The notes beneath the pieces are model-generated. The model worked only from the letters and a program-made list of their open reading frames with translations, did no database searches and had not been told where the DNA came from. A stretch of 20,000 bases of DNA from an uncultured virus (IMG/VR IMGVR_UViG_3300043429_001189). Its lineage: Duplodnaviria; Heunggongvirae; Uroviricota; Caudoviricetes. Shown here in pieces: positions 1-6,373 of this stretch (position 1 is its first letter; each line of letters begins with the position of its first letter). Both the position numbers and the translations under genes were made by a program. The DNA is taken from the IMG/VR virus record IMGVR_UViG_3300043429_001189, positions 116,024 to 136,023 of that record; one strand, written 5' to 3'.

Positions 1-432
1 AATTTTCTTGGAATCCAACAAAGTTAATTTGCCATTTTTTGCTATTTTTAATAAATCATCATGCCCTAAAAAACCTTTGTTATAATCACTTACAATTACT
101 AAATCCGCTTCTTTAATCTCTTTTATATTTTCTTCTGTGATGTTAATTTTTCCAACTGGTTGCAATTCTCCGTCATCAATTCTAACAATCATTTGGTTTG
201 ACTTTTCATCAACAATCCTTGTTTTTTTAATCAATTCTTTCTGATGCCAAAATGTTATACTTGTCTCGGGATTTATTGATTTAATGTTTTCTACAACATT
301 TCCTGCCATTCCAGGGTTTTGTGTAGTTTTAATTGGATTAAAAACTGGAACAGGCGCTTCAGGACACAGCCTAACAGTTTTTCCATAAATAAATTCATCA
401 GTACAAAGTTCACCTATAACTATTACTTTCAT
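1..432 (-). CDS. rfaE: RfaE/HldE domain I-like PfkB-family sugar (heptose-7-phosphate) kinase, 3' end runs off the window
   Basis: Not in the ORF track. Manual translation from ATG at 432 gives MKVIVIGELCTDEFIYGKTVRLCPEAPVPVF...PGMAGNVVENI...KTRIVD...QMIVRID...VIVSDYNKGFL. These match the RfaE-I motifs R(I/L)xPEAPVPV, G(G/M)A(A/G)NV, KTR and SDYxKG. Confidence 0.85.
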   Translation of the reverse strand, partial: MKVIVIGELCTDEFIYGKTVRLCPEAPVPVFNPIKTTQNPGMAGNVVENIKSINPETSITFWHQKELIKKTRIVDEKSNQMIVRIDDGELQPVGKINITEENIKEIKEADLVIVSDYNKGFLGHDDLLKIAKNGKLTLLDSKKI

Positions 433-898
433 AATTTAAAATTTTTGTTGTTGAATATTTTTCAATTCTTGGAAAAAAAATTAGTTCTTTAGCATATTCA
501 CTTCCTATAACTCCATTTTTGCGATACTCTTCTCCTACTATTAAATAATCAGGGTTTAATCTTTTAATTGCATTTTTAAGTTCTTCTGAGTCATCAAAAA
601 CAATAATGTTTGATACATAAACTATCGAGCTTAACATCTCAATTCTATCTTTTAAAGAATTATACGGTCGCAATTCGCCTTTTAACTCTTTAATTCTACG
701 ATCTGTGTCAATTCCTACTGTTACTTCCCCGTATGAATAAGCATATTTAAGTAAACGAATATGACCGTTGTGTAACACATCAAAAGTACCGTTAACCCAA
801 ACCTTTTTATTTAATTTACTATAATGATTTGGCGCAGGAAGACTGGAATAAAAATCCCAGTCTTCATCATCAAGAAATTTAGTGGTTTCTTTATTCAT
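410..898 (-). CDS. RfaE domain II / TagD-like nucleotidyltransferase (cytidylyltransferase-like family)
   Basis: Motifs NGTFDVLHNGH (HxGH), GIDTDRRIKELKGELRP, and YSTTKI. Start moved from TTG 928 to ATG 898 to avoid overlap with the cupin gene. Confidence 0.85.
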   Translation of the reverse strand: MNKETTKFLDDEDWDFYSSLPAPNHYSKLNKKVWVNGTFDVLHNGHIRLLKYAYSYGEVTVGIDTDRRIKELKGELRPYNSLKDRIEMLSSIVYVSNIIVFDDSEELKNAIKRLNPDYLIVGEEYRKNGVIGSEYAKELIFFPRIEKYSTTKILNYESNSYR

Positions 899-903
899 GT
901 GTA

Positions 904-1290
904 CTACTTTTGCGAATCGCCAGCCCAAACTCGGTAACTGTCTTCATCAAAGTGTTGTGTTGATACTTCAAAAACAATGCCATCTGTAAGAGCTTCAAGT
1001 TGATGCGGTTGTCCTGGATATTGTCGAACAGAGTCTCCTTCTCTTAATGTTATTTCATTGACTTTTGCGGTTTGCGTATCTATCCAACGATAAATAAATT
1101 CGCCTTCTTTAACATACCAAGTTTCATCTTTAAGCATGTGATAATGCATTGAAAATTTTGCGCCTGCTTTAAAACACAAAAGTTTTCCGCAATAAAATTC
1201 ATTATTTTCAAATACAATCTCATGTCCCCATCCTTTAGGAACATTGCATTCTTTGCACTCCTTTGCATTGAATATGTTTGGTTTTTTCAT
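904..1290 (-). CDS. Cupin-fold protein (sugar isomerase-like)
   Basis: VPKGWGHE, FSMHYHMLKDETWYV, PGQPHQLEA and EVSTQHFDEDSYRV are cupin metal-binding motifs. Adjacent to the RfaE genes. Confidence 0.8.
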   Translation of the reverse strand: MKKPNIFNAKECKECNVPKGWGHEIVFENNEFYCGKLLCFKAGAKFSMHYHMLKDETWYVKEGEFIYRWIDTQTAKVNEITLREGDSVRQYPGQPHQLEALTDGIVFEVSTQHFDEDSYRVWAGDSQK

Positions 1291-1306
1291 AAAAATATAT
1301 TTGATT

Positions 1307-1315
1307 TATATATTC
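1307..1315 (-). promoter_or_regulatory. Putative late promoter GAATATATA
   Basis: Recurrent (G/A)ATATATA motif, 17 nt upstream of the ATG at 1290. Confidence 0.45.
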
Positions 1316-1319
1316 AGAG

Positions 1320-1390
1320 CAGAAGCATTAGGATTCGAACCTAAAATAACGCTTTTGGAGAGCGCCATGATACCTTTTCACCATACTCCT
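1320..1390 (-). tRNA. trnW: tRNA-Trp (CCA)
   Basis: Acceptor AGGAGTA/TGCTTCT, anticodon loop CTCCAAA, T-loop TTCGAAT. No encoded CCA end. Confidence 0.9.
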
Positions 1391-1394
1391 GTAT

Positions 1395-1568
1395 TTATTC
1401 ACAGTATTTATTTTTTCTGCACTTGTATTTATTCTCTTCTTTCTTTTTATCTTTAAATACTTTAGGGGCAAACCTTCCATCATAGAATCCTTGTTCCTGG
1501 GCATTTTTTCTTTGTTTACCCATTTCAATTTTCCTAAGTTGTTCTGAAGTTATCACAAATTTTTTCAT
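1395..1568 (-). CDS. 57-aa basic protein, putative ArfA-like ribosome rescue factor
   Basis: Not in the ORF track. MKKFVITSEQLRKIEMGKQRKNAQEQGFYDGRFAPKVFKDKKKEENKYKCRKNKYCE* fills the gap between tRNA-Gln and tRNA-Trp without overlap. DGRFAPKVFKDKK resembles the E. coli ArfA core DPLFRQRVEKNKK. The ORF is likely real; the function is inferred. Confidence 0.6.
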   Translation of the reverse strand: MKKFVITSEQLRKIEMGKQRKNAQEQGFYDGRFAPKVFKDKKKEENKYKCRKNKYCE

Positions 1569-1590
1569 ATTAAAATTTTTAAATTGTGAG

Positions 1591-1661
1591 TTATCTGATC
1601 TGGGCTCGAACCAGAAATTTAGGACTCAAAAACCTACGTGATACCATTTCACTATCAGACA
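1591..1661 (-). tRNA. trnQ: tRNA-Gln (TTG)
   Basis: Acceptor TGTCTGA/TCAGATA, anticodon arm TAGGT-TTTTGAG-TCCTA with a U31.U39 mismatch, T-arm TCTGG-TTCGAGC-CCAGA. Confidence 0.85.
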
Positions 1662-1666
1662 ATATG

Positions 1667-1740
1667 TAGGCCTGGCAGGGTACGATCCTGCAACCCCTGA
1701 ATTAAAAGTTCAGTGCTCTATCCATTTGAGCTACAAGCCT
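1667..1740 (-). tRNA. trnK: tRNA-Lys (TTT)
   Basis: Acceptor AGGCTTG/CAGGCCT, anticodon arm CTGAA-CTTTTAA-TTCAG, atypical T-loop ATCGTAC. Confidence 0.9.
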
Positions 1741-1747
1741 ATATTTG

Positions 1748-1819
1748 AGCCTTCTGTCGGACTCGAACCAACATCTTCTAAATTACAAATTTAAAGCTTT
1801 ACCATTAAGCTAAGAAGGC
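1748..1819 (-). tRNA. trnT: tRNA-Thr (TGT)
   Basis: Acceptor GCCTTCT/AGAAGGC, anticodon arm TTAAA-TTTGTAA-TTTAG, T-loop TTCGAGT. Confidence 0.9.
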
Positions 1820-1827
1820 AATTTGTG

Positions 1828-1903
1828 TCCGAGAAGAAGGGTTCGAACCTTCATGATGTCTGGTTCCCAAAACCAGAGGCTTAGCCAATTAGCCCATTCT
1901 CGG
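1828..1903 (-). tRNA. trnP: tRNA-Pro (TGG)
   Basis: Acceptor CCGAGAA/TTCTCGG, anticodon arm CTGGT-TTTGGGA-ACCAG, T-loop TTCGAAC. Confidence 0.9.
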
Positions 1904-1913
1904 AAATTTGATT

Positions 1914-1955
1914 AAAAACAAAAAGGTCCAGATAATTTAATTACCTGGACCTTTT
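1914..1955 (-). terminator. Intrinsic terminator (attenuator terminator) immediately upstream of tRNA-Pro
   Basis: Minus strand reads AAAAGGTCCAG-GTAAT-TAA-ATTAT-CTGGACCTTTT followed by TGTTTTT. The G-U pair works only on the minus strand. Confidence 0.85.
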
Positions 1956-1988
1956 AAGAATAATAATTACTATTATACTAAGGTCCAG
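1945..1988 (-). promoter_or_regulatory. Antiterminator hairpin mutually exclusive with the 1914-1955 terminator
   Basis: CTGGACCTT(1988-1980)-AG-T-ATAATAG-TAA-TTATTAT-T-CT-TAA-AAGGTCCAG(1953-1945). It makes 9 perfect bp with the terminator 5' arm and has an inner 7-bp stem. Confidence 0.7.
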
Positions 1989-2097
1989 TATCTGGCCACG
2001 TAGACGGTTGTTGAACACAACCAATAACACCAACCGGTGTAGCAACTGTTTTGCTTGTTGCTTTTGAAATTTTAGCTGATGTGATTTGTTGTTTCAT
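1978..2097 (-). CDS. Putative attenuator leader peptide (39 aa)
   Basis: MKQQITSAKISKATSKTVATPVGVIGCVQQPSTWPDTGP*, with an A-rich start context. Its last codons and the TAG stop overlap the antiterminator 5' arm. Confidence 0.7.
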   Translation of the reverse strand: MKQQITSAKISKATSKTVATPVGVIGCVQQPSTWPDTGP

Positions 2098-2116
2098 ATT
2101 TTTAATTTTAATTTAG

Positions 2117-2188
2117 TGGCGGGGCCGGGAATCGAACCCGAACCTCCAGGTTATGAGCCTGGCGAACTACCGTTATTACCACCCCGCA
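2117..2188 (-). tRNA. trnM: tRNA-Met (CAT), initiator-like
   Basis: Acceptor TGCGGGG/CCCCGCC with a 1:72 mismatch, anticodon arm CCAGG-CTCATAA-CCTGG, T-loop TTCGATT. Confidence 0.85.
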
Positions 2189-2197
2189 ATGTTTTAG

Positions 2198-2272
2198 AGA
2201 TCATAGAAAGAATCGAACTTTCGCTTACCGGCGCGGACGCCCTTTCCGGCTTTCTACCAACAGAATATGGTC
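2198..2272 (-). ncRNA. tRNA-like RNA with a non-canonical anticodon arm (pseudo-tRNA or tRNA mimic)
   Basis: Acceptor GACCATA/TATGATC, D-hairpin TTCT-GTTGGT-AGAA and T-arm GAAAG-TTCGATT-CTTTC are present. The anticodon stem GCCGG/CCGGT encloses 14 nt (AAAGGGCGTCCGCG) instead of 7. Confidence 0.65.
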
Positions 2273-2284
2273 AATTTTTACTAT

Positions 2285-2291
2285 TATATAT
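2285..2291 (-). promoter_or_regulatory. Putative late promoter core ATATATA upstream of the tRNA cluster
   Basis: AATATATAA lies 13 nt upstream of the tRNA-like RNA and has the same core as the other intergenic motifs. Confidence 0.4.
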
Positions 2292-2294
2292 TTT

Positions 2295-2418
2295 TTCTTT
2301 TCTTGAGAATTTTAACCAAAGGCGTTAAGAAAGGGGGAAAGCAAATTTCAGTGTTAAAACCTATATTGCTTAGTAGAGCTATATTGAAGTAACCATCGGT
2401 ACCGCTTCAAGAAAAGAA
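2295..2418 (-). ncRNA. Candidate structured ncRNA of about 124 nt
   Basis: Perfect 12-bp terminal stem TTCTTTTCTTGA (2418-2407) / TCAAGAAAAGAA (2306-2295). It also has an internal TTTTAAC/GTTAAAA stem around a pyrimidine-rich loop. No convincing ORF. Confidence 0.45.
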
Positions 2419-2443
2419 TTTTTTAAAGAACGTTTGTAGATAT

Positions 2444-2470
2444 AATATACACAAGATAATAAATAGTTTT
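2444..2470 (-). promoter_or_regulatory. Putative bipartite promoter AAAACT-N15-TATATT
   Basis: The same arrangement recurs at 5661-5688, 10525-10554 and 15422-15447. A boxA-like CGTTCTTT follows at 2432-2425. Confidence 0.4.
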
Positions 2471-2487
2471 CAGAAAATAAAAAATAT

Positions 2488-2703
2488 TTATTTATTTTTT
2501 GTGCTTTCTGCTATGATATAAAAAATGTATTTAATCATAACAAAAATATACGGCATGCAAGCTGCAATTCCCAATTTTAGATGCCATATTTGGTACCCAA
2601 ACATATAAGAAAAACCGGCCAAAACTCCTAAAAAGAGTGGGAGAAATATTACATAAATAATAAAATATGCCTCCCACTGTAATCTATCAAAGAATAATTT
2701 CAT
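2488..2703 (-). CDS. Small membrane protein (two predicted TM helices)
   Basis: 71 aa with two hydrophobic stretches, co-oriented with neighbours. Confidence 0.6.
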   Translation of the reverse strand: MKLFFDRLQWEAYFIIYVIFLPLFLGVLAGFSYMFGYQIWHLKLGIAACMPYIFVMIKYIFYIIAESTKNK

Positions 2704-2720
2704 ATATTTTTATATTTTTA

Positions 2721-3269
2721 TTACCACAATCCATCAGAACTTTTAATATCCTTGACTTTAGACAAATCCCAATCAAAATCTGAATGAACTTTAGATTTAC
2801 TAAATATGCCTTTCATATATCTGACATTTCTAATATCCCAATTTCTTAGATTACCATCAAAAGGAGTATCATAAAACATAGATGCCATGTTGGTTACTTT
2901 ACTAACATTCCACCCGCTAACGTCACCCTTAAAAGGTGTCCCTTCAAACATACCTTCCATGTTGGTTACATTGCTAACGTCCCATTCGCTAATGTCACCT
3001 TTAAAATCTGACCCATAAAACATGTAGGACATATTTTTTACATTACTAACATTCCATTCGCTAATGTTGCCATTAAAAGGCATTTCTGCAAATAAGAATG
3101 ACATGTCTTTAATTCGCGAAACATCAACATGACTTAAATCTGCATTAGGCCCAAATTTAGCTATTTCATTTTCAATTATCGACTCTAAAGATTTCCGATC
3201 TATTGCATAAATAACTTTGTTTTGAGCAGCTTCGTTAAGAAACTGATCGAAAGATTTTAAATTTTTCAT
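2721..3269 (-). CDS. DUF285/BspA-like repeat protein with capsid-targeting-like leader (about 5 repeats)
   Basis: MKNLKSFDQFLNE leader, GPNADLSHVDVS cap, and 24-aa FxGDISxWxVSNVxxMxxMF repeats. Confidence 0.85.
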   Translation of the reverse strand: MKNLKSFDQFLNEAAQNKVIYAIDRKSLESIIENEIAKFGPNADLSHVDVSRIKDMSFLFAEMPFNGNISEWNVSNVKNMSYMFYGSDFKGDISEWDVSNVTNMEGMFEGTPFKGDVSGWNVSKVTNMASMFYDTPFDGNLRNWDIRNVRYMKGIFSKSKVHSDFDWDLSKVKDIKSSDGLW

Positions 3270-3273
3270 TTTT

Positions 3274-4050
3274 TTAAATTTTTATATGTTTCAGACCATA
3301 CATTCTATCTACATTATCAGCCTTTGATAAATTCCATTGACTAATATCGCCTTTAAACTTAGAGTCTAAGAACATTATAAATACATCTCTGACATTGCTA
3401 ACGTCCCATTTGCTAATGTCGCCGTTAAATCGAGATTCTGCAAACATGTGCGTCATATCTCTAACTTTGCTAACATTCCACTTGCTGATGTCACCGTTAA
3501 AAGTTGTCTTTTGAAACATGTGCGACATATCAATAACTTTGCTGACATCCCACTTGCTGATGTCGCCATTAAATTTAGACCCTTCAAACAATGATGACAT
3601 CATTTCAACATTACTTACATCCCATTGACTAATGTCGCCGTTAAATTTAGAATATGCAAACATATCAGACATATCACGTACATTGCTTACATCCCACTTG
3701 CTAACATCGCCGTTAAACGAAGAATGACGAAACATTCCCCACACAGTGCGAGCATTACTAACATTCCACTTGCTAACATCGCCGTTAAATTTTGAGAATG
3801 CAAATGTATCATTAAAATTAGTAACATTGCTTACATCCCACTTGCTAACGTCGCCGTTAAATTTTGTACCTGAAAAAGCGGCGCTTATATCGGTTAGACC
3901 TGAAACATCAATGTGATTTAAGTCAGCATTTGGTCCTAGCAATTGAATTTCTTTTAAAATAATTGGTTTTAATTCTTTTGCGTTCTTTGGGACAATAATT
4001 TCGCGTTCTGCTTCATTAAGAAACTGATCAAATGTTTTTAAATTTTTCAT
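3274..4050 (-). CDS. DUF285/BspA-like repeat protein with capsid-targeting-like leader (about 8 repeats)
   Basis: MKNLKTFDQFLNE leader, GPNADLNHIDVS cap, and 24-aa FNGD(V/I)SKW(D/N)VS repeats. Confidence 0.85.
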   Translation of the reverse strand: MKNLKTFDQFLNEAEREIIVPKNAKELKPIILKEIQLLGPNADLNHIDVSGLTDISAAFSGTKFNGDVSKWDVSNVTNFNDTFAFSKFNGDVSKWNVSNARTVWGMFRHSSFNGDVSKWDVSNVRDMSDMFAYSKFNGDISQWDVSNVEMMSSLFEGSKFNGDISKWDVSKVIDMSHMFQKTTFNGDISKWNVSKVRDMTHMFAESRFNGDISKWDVSNVRDVFIMFLDSKFKGDISQWNLSKADNVDRMYGLKHIKI

Positions 4051-4075
4051 TTACTATGTTTTTTTTTATATATAT

Positions 4076-4915
4076 TTAGTTAAACAAATCTTCTTTAGAC
4101 GTTACGTCTCGCAGATTTGTCAAATTCCACATATGAACACTTCTTTTAAATTTAGATCCTTGGAAGATACTTTCAATGTATTGCACTTGTCTTACGTCCC
4201 ACTTACTAATGTCTTGATTAAATGATGAGCCATTAAACATAAAACTCATATTTTCTACATTGCTAACGTTCCATTTGCCGATGTTTTGATTAAATCGAGA
4301 GTCAGCAAACATCCATTGCATATCGGTAACATTTAATACATTCCAATTGCCGATGTCTTGATTAAATTTCGATAACCTAAACATATATGACATATCAGTT
4401 ACTCGTCTTACGTTCCACTTGCTGATGTCACCGTTAAATTGTGATTCCGTAAACATTCCACGCATCAGCTCTACATTACTCACGTTCCAACCACTGATAT
4501 CTCCTTTAAATTTGGAATCTTTGAACATATTAGACATATCAATGACATTACCAACATCCCATTTGCTGATATCTTTATTGAACTCTGATCCTTCAAACAT
4601 ACCTGACATATCTTTTACTTTGCCAACATTCCACTTGCTGATGTCACTATTAAAATGAGAATACAAAAACATATTTTTCATAGAAGTAACATTGCTAACA
4701 TCCCACTTGCTGATATTGCCTTTAAATTGTGACCCTTCAAACAAGGATACCATGTTGGTAACTTGCGAAACGTCAATATGATTCAGATCTGCTTTAGGTC
4801 CAAGTCTAGCAATTTCGCTTTCTACTATATCCTTTAAAGTTTGTCGATCTTTAGCAATAATAGTTTCTTGTGTAGCTTCATTAAGAAAATGTTCAAAAGT
4901 TTTTAAATTTTTCAT
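4076..4915 (-). CDS. DUF285/BspA-like repeat protein with capsid-targeting-like leader (about 9 repeats)
   Basis: MKNLKTFEHFLNE leader, GPKADLNHIDVS cap, and 24-aa repeats. Confidence 0.85.
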   Translation of the reverse strand: MKNLKTFEHFLNEATQETIIAKDRQTLKDIVESEIARLGPKADLNHIDVSQVTNMVSLFEGSQFKGNISKWDVSNVTSMKNMFLYSHFNSDISKWNVGKVKDMSGMFEGSEFNKDISKWDVGNVIDMSNMFKDSKFKGDISGWNVSNVELMRGMFTESQFNGDISKWNVRRVTDMSYMFRLSKFNQDIGNWNVLNVTDMQWMFADSRFNQNIGKWNVSNVENMSFMFNGSSFNQDISKWDVRQVQYIESIFQGSKFKRSVHMWNLTNLRDVTSKEDLFN

Positions 4916-4948
4916 TTACTATGTTTTTATTAATTTTAATATTGCACA

Positions 4949-5620
4949 TTATTTTTTTGCATATGAAGAGATTTTCCAATTTGAAGTATCCCCCTTGAAA
5001 GCTGAGTTATTAAACATGTCGGTCATATCCTCAACCTTACTAACATTCCACTTGCTGATATCTTGATTAAATTCTGAAGATTGAAACATTCCAGCCATAT
5101 CATAAACATTACCTACATTCCATTTGCTGATGTCTTTGTTAAATCTTGAGTCTTGAAACATCCAAGACATATCAGTAACATTACTAACATTCCACTTGCT
5201 GATATCTTGATTAAATTCTGAATAAGCAAACATACCAGTCATAACTTTTACGTTGCTTACATTCCACCTGCTGATATCTTGATTAAATTCTGATGATGCA
5301 AACATATAGGCCATTAATCGAACATTCCGAACATTCCATCCTGAAATGTTACCATTAAAGACTGACTCCTGAAACATATAGGACATGTTTTCAACTTGAC
5401 TAACATCCCATTTACTTATGTTGCCGTTAAAATCTGAATTTTTAAACAACCCCGACATATCTTTAACTTTTGATACATCAATATGATTTAAATCCGCCGT
5501 AGAACCTTGTGTTTTGATTGCATCTTCAATTAGCTTTATTAAATCTGCTTTATCTTTAGCAATAATTGTTGTGCCTGCTGCTTCATTAAGAAACTGCTCA
5601 AAGGTTTTAAAATTTTTCAT
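4949..5620 (-). CDS. DUF285/BspA-like repeat protein with capsid-targeting-like leader (about 7 repeats)
   Basis: MKNFKTFEQFLNE leader, GSTADLNHIDVS cap, and FNQDISKWNVS repeats. Confidence 0.85.
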   Translation of the reverse strand: MKNFKTFEQFLNEAAGTTIIAKDKADLIKLIEDAIKTQGSTADLNHIDVSKVKDMSGLFKNSDFNGNISKWDVSQVENMSYMFQESVFNGNISGWNVRNVRLMAYMFASSEFNQDISRWNVSNVKVMTGMFAYSEFNQDISKWNVSNVTDMSWMFQDSRFNKDISKWNVGNVYDMAGMFQSSEFNQDISKWNVSKVEDMTDMFNNSAFKGDTSNWKISSYAKK

Positions 5621-5660
5621 TTACTTTGTTTTTTTATACTTCAATTCGGGTATTTACAAA

Positions 5661-5688
5661 TATTATATACTACTTTTTCCAAAAGTTC
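5661..5688 (-). promoter_or_regulatory. Putative bipartite promoter GAACT-N14-TATATAATA ahead of the DUF285 cluster
   Basis: Matches the AAACT-N14/16-TATA arrangement seen at three other intergenic sites. Confidence 0.35.
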
Positions 5689-5732
5689 TTAAAATATAAA
5701 TATTATTTTTACCGATAGTTTTATTTTTTAAA

Positions 5733-6029
5733 TTAATTTGAAGATTCTTCTGTCTCTTCAACAACTTGTTTTTTTTCTTTTTGGATTTGATTCACAATGT
5801 ATCCCGCAACCGCAAATTCAGCCCCTGCCCATAGCACTGCATCAGATGCTGTTAATTTTTCTACATTTTCATAAAAAAACCAAACCATTCCTGATTGGCC
5901 AATTATAAATGCAATACTTGATTCTATTCTTTTTTTGGAAAAAAAGGATTCTTTTGATGTGTATATAAATCCTATTTCTTGTATAAACCATTTGATATTA
6001 GTCCAACCAAAAAACCATTTTTTGTTCAT
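5733..6029 (-). CDS. Membrane protein, possibly holin-like
   Basis: 98 aa with two hydrophobic helices after SKKRIES and a charged C-terminal tail. The holin function is only a guess. Confidence 0.55.
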   Translation of the reverse strand: MNKKWFFGWTNIKWFIQEIGFIYTSKESFFSKKRIESSIAFIIGQSGMVWFFYENVEKLTASDAVLWAGAEFAVAGYIVNQIQKEKKQVVEETEESSN

Positions 6030-6057
6030 TTTACATAGGCATATTTTTTAATTACTT

Positions 6058-6065
6058 TATATATC
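6058..6065 (-). promoter_or_regulatory. Putative late promoter GATATATA
   Basis: 29 nt upstream of the ATG at 6029. Confidence 0.5.
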
Positions 6066-6091
6066 CATAAATGTATAATGAACAAAGCATA

Positions 6092-6373
6092 TTATGATTG
6101 ATACACTTCTTTGTAAATTTCGGCTAATTTAGTATAATCAGCAACTCCATATATACGAGTGGCAACGTCGCCGTTTTTAATAAAAACTGTATGTGGAACG
6201 CTTTTAATGTTATATTTACGCGCCAGCTCAAAATTTGCATCTTCATCAATATCCAAATCTTGAATCTCTACAGTATTTTGGTATTCTTCAGAAAATTTTT
6301 GAAATGAAGGTGCCATTGCTTTACAAGGTCCGCACCAGCTGGCAGAAAATTTAATAATCTTATTCATATTCAT
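6092..6373 (-). CDS. trxA: Thioredoxin
   Basis: KFSASWCGPCKAMAP active site and the cis-Pro motif IKSVP. The true start may be the second Met (6367). Confidence 0.9.
   Translation of the reverse strand: MNMNKIIKFSASWCGPCKAMAPSFQKFSEEYQNTVEIQDLDIDEDANFELARKYNIKSVPHTVFIKNGDVATRIYGVADYTKLAEIYKEVYQS

Noticed and set aside
1328..1528. 66-aa minus-strand ORF from the track
   Set aside because: It overlaps tRNA-Trp. The alternative frame 1395-1568 fits cleanly between the tRNAs.
2086..2328. 80-aa plus-strand ORF (also 1244-1456)
   Set aside because: These are antisense to tRNA genes. AGPGIEP and LGFEP are typical translations of reverse-complemented T-arms.
2721..5620. 72-bp periodic repeats as a possible CRISPR array or DGR template/variable repeats
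   Set aside because: The repeats are in-frame, degenerate coding units with no unique spacers. No cas or reverse transcriptase gene is in the window and I saw no adenine-specific mismatch pattern.
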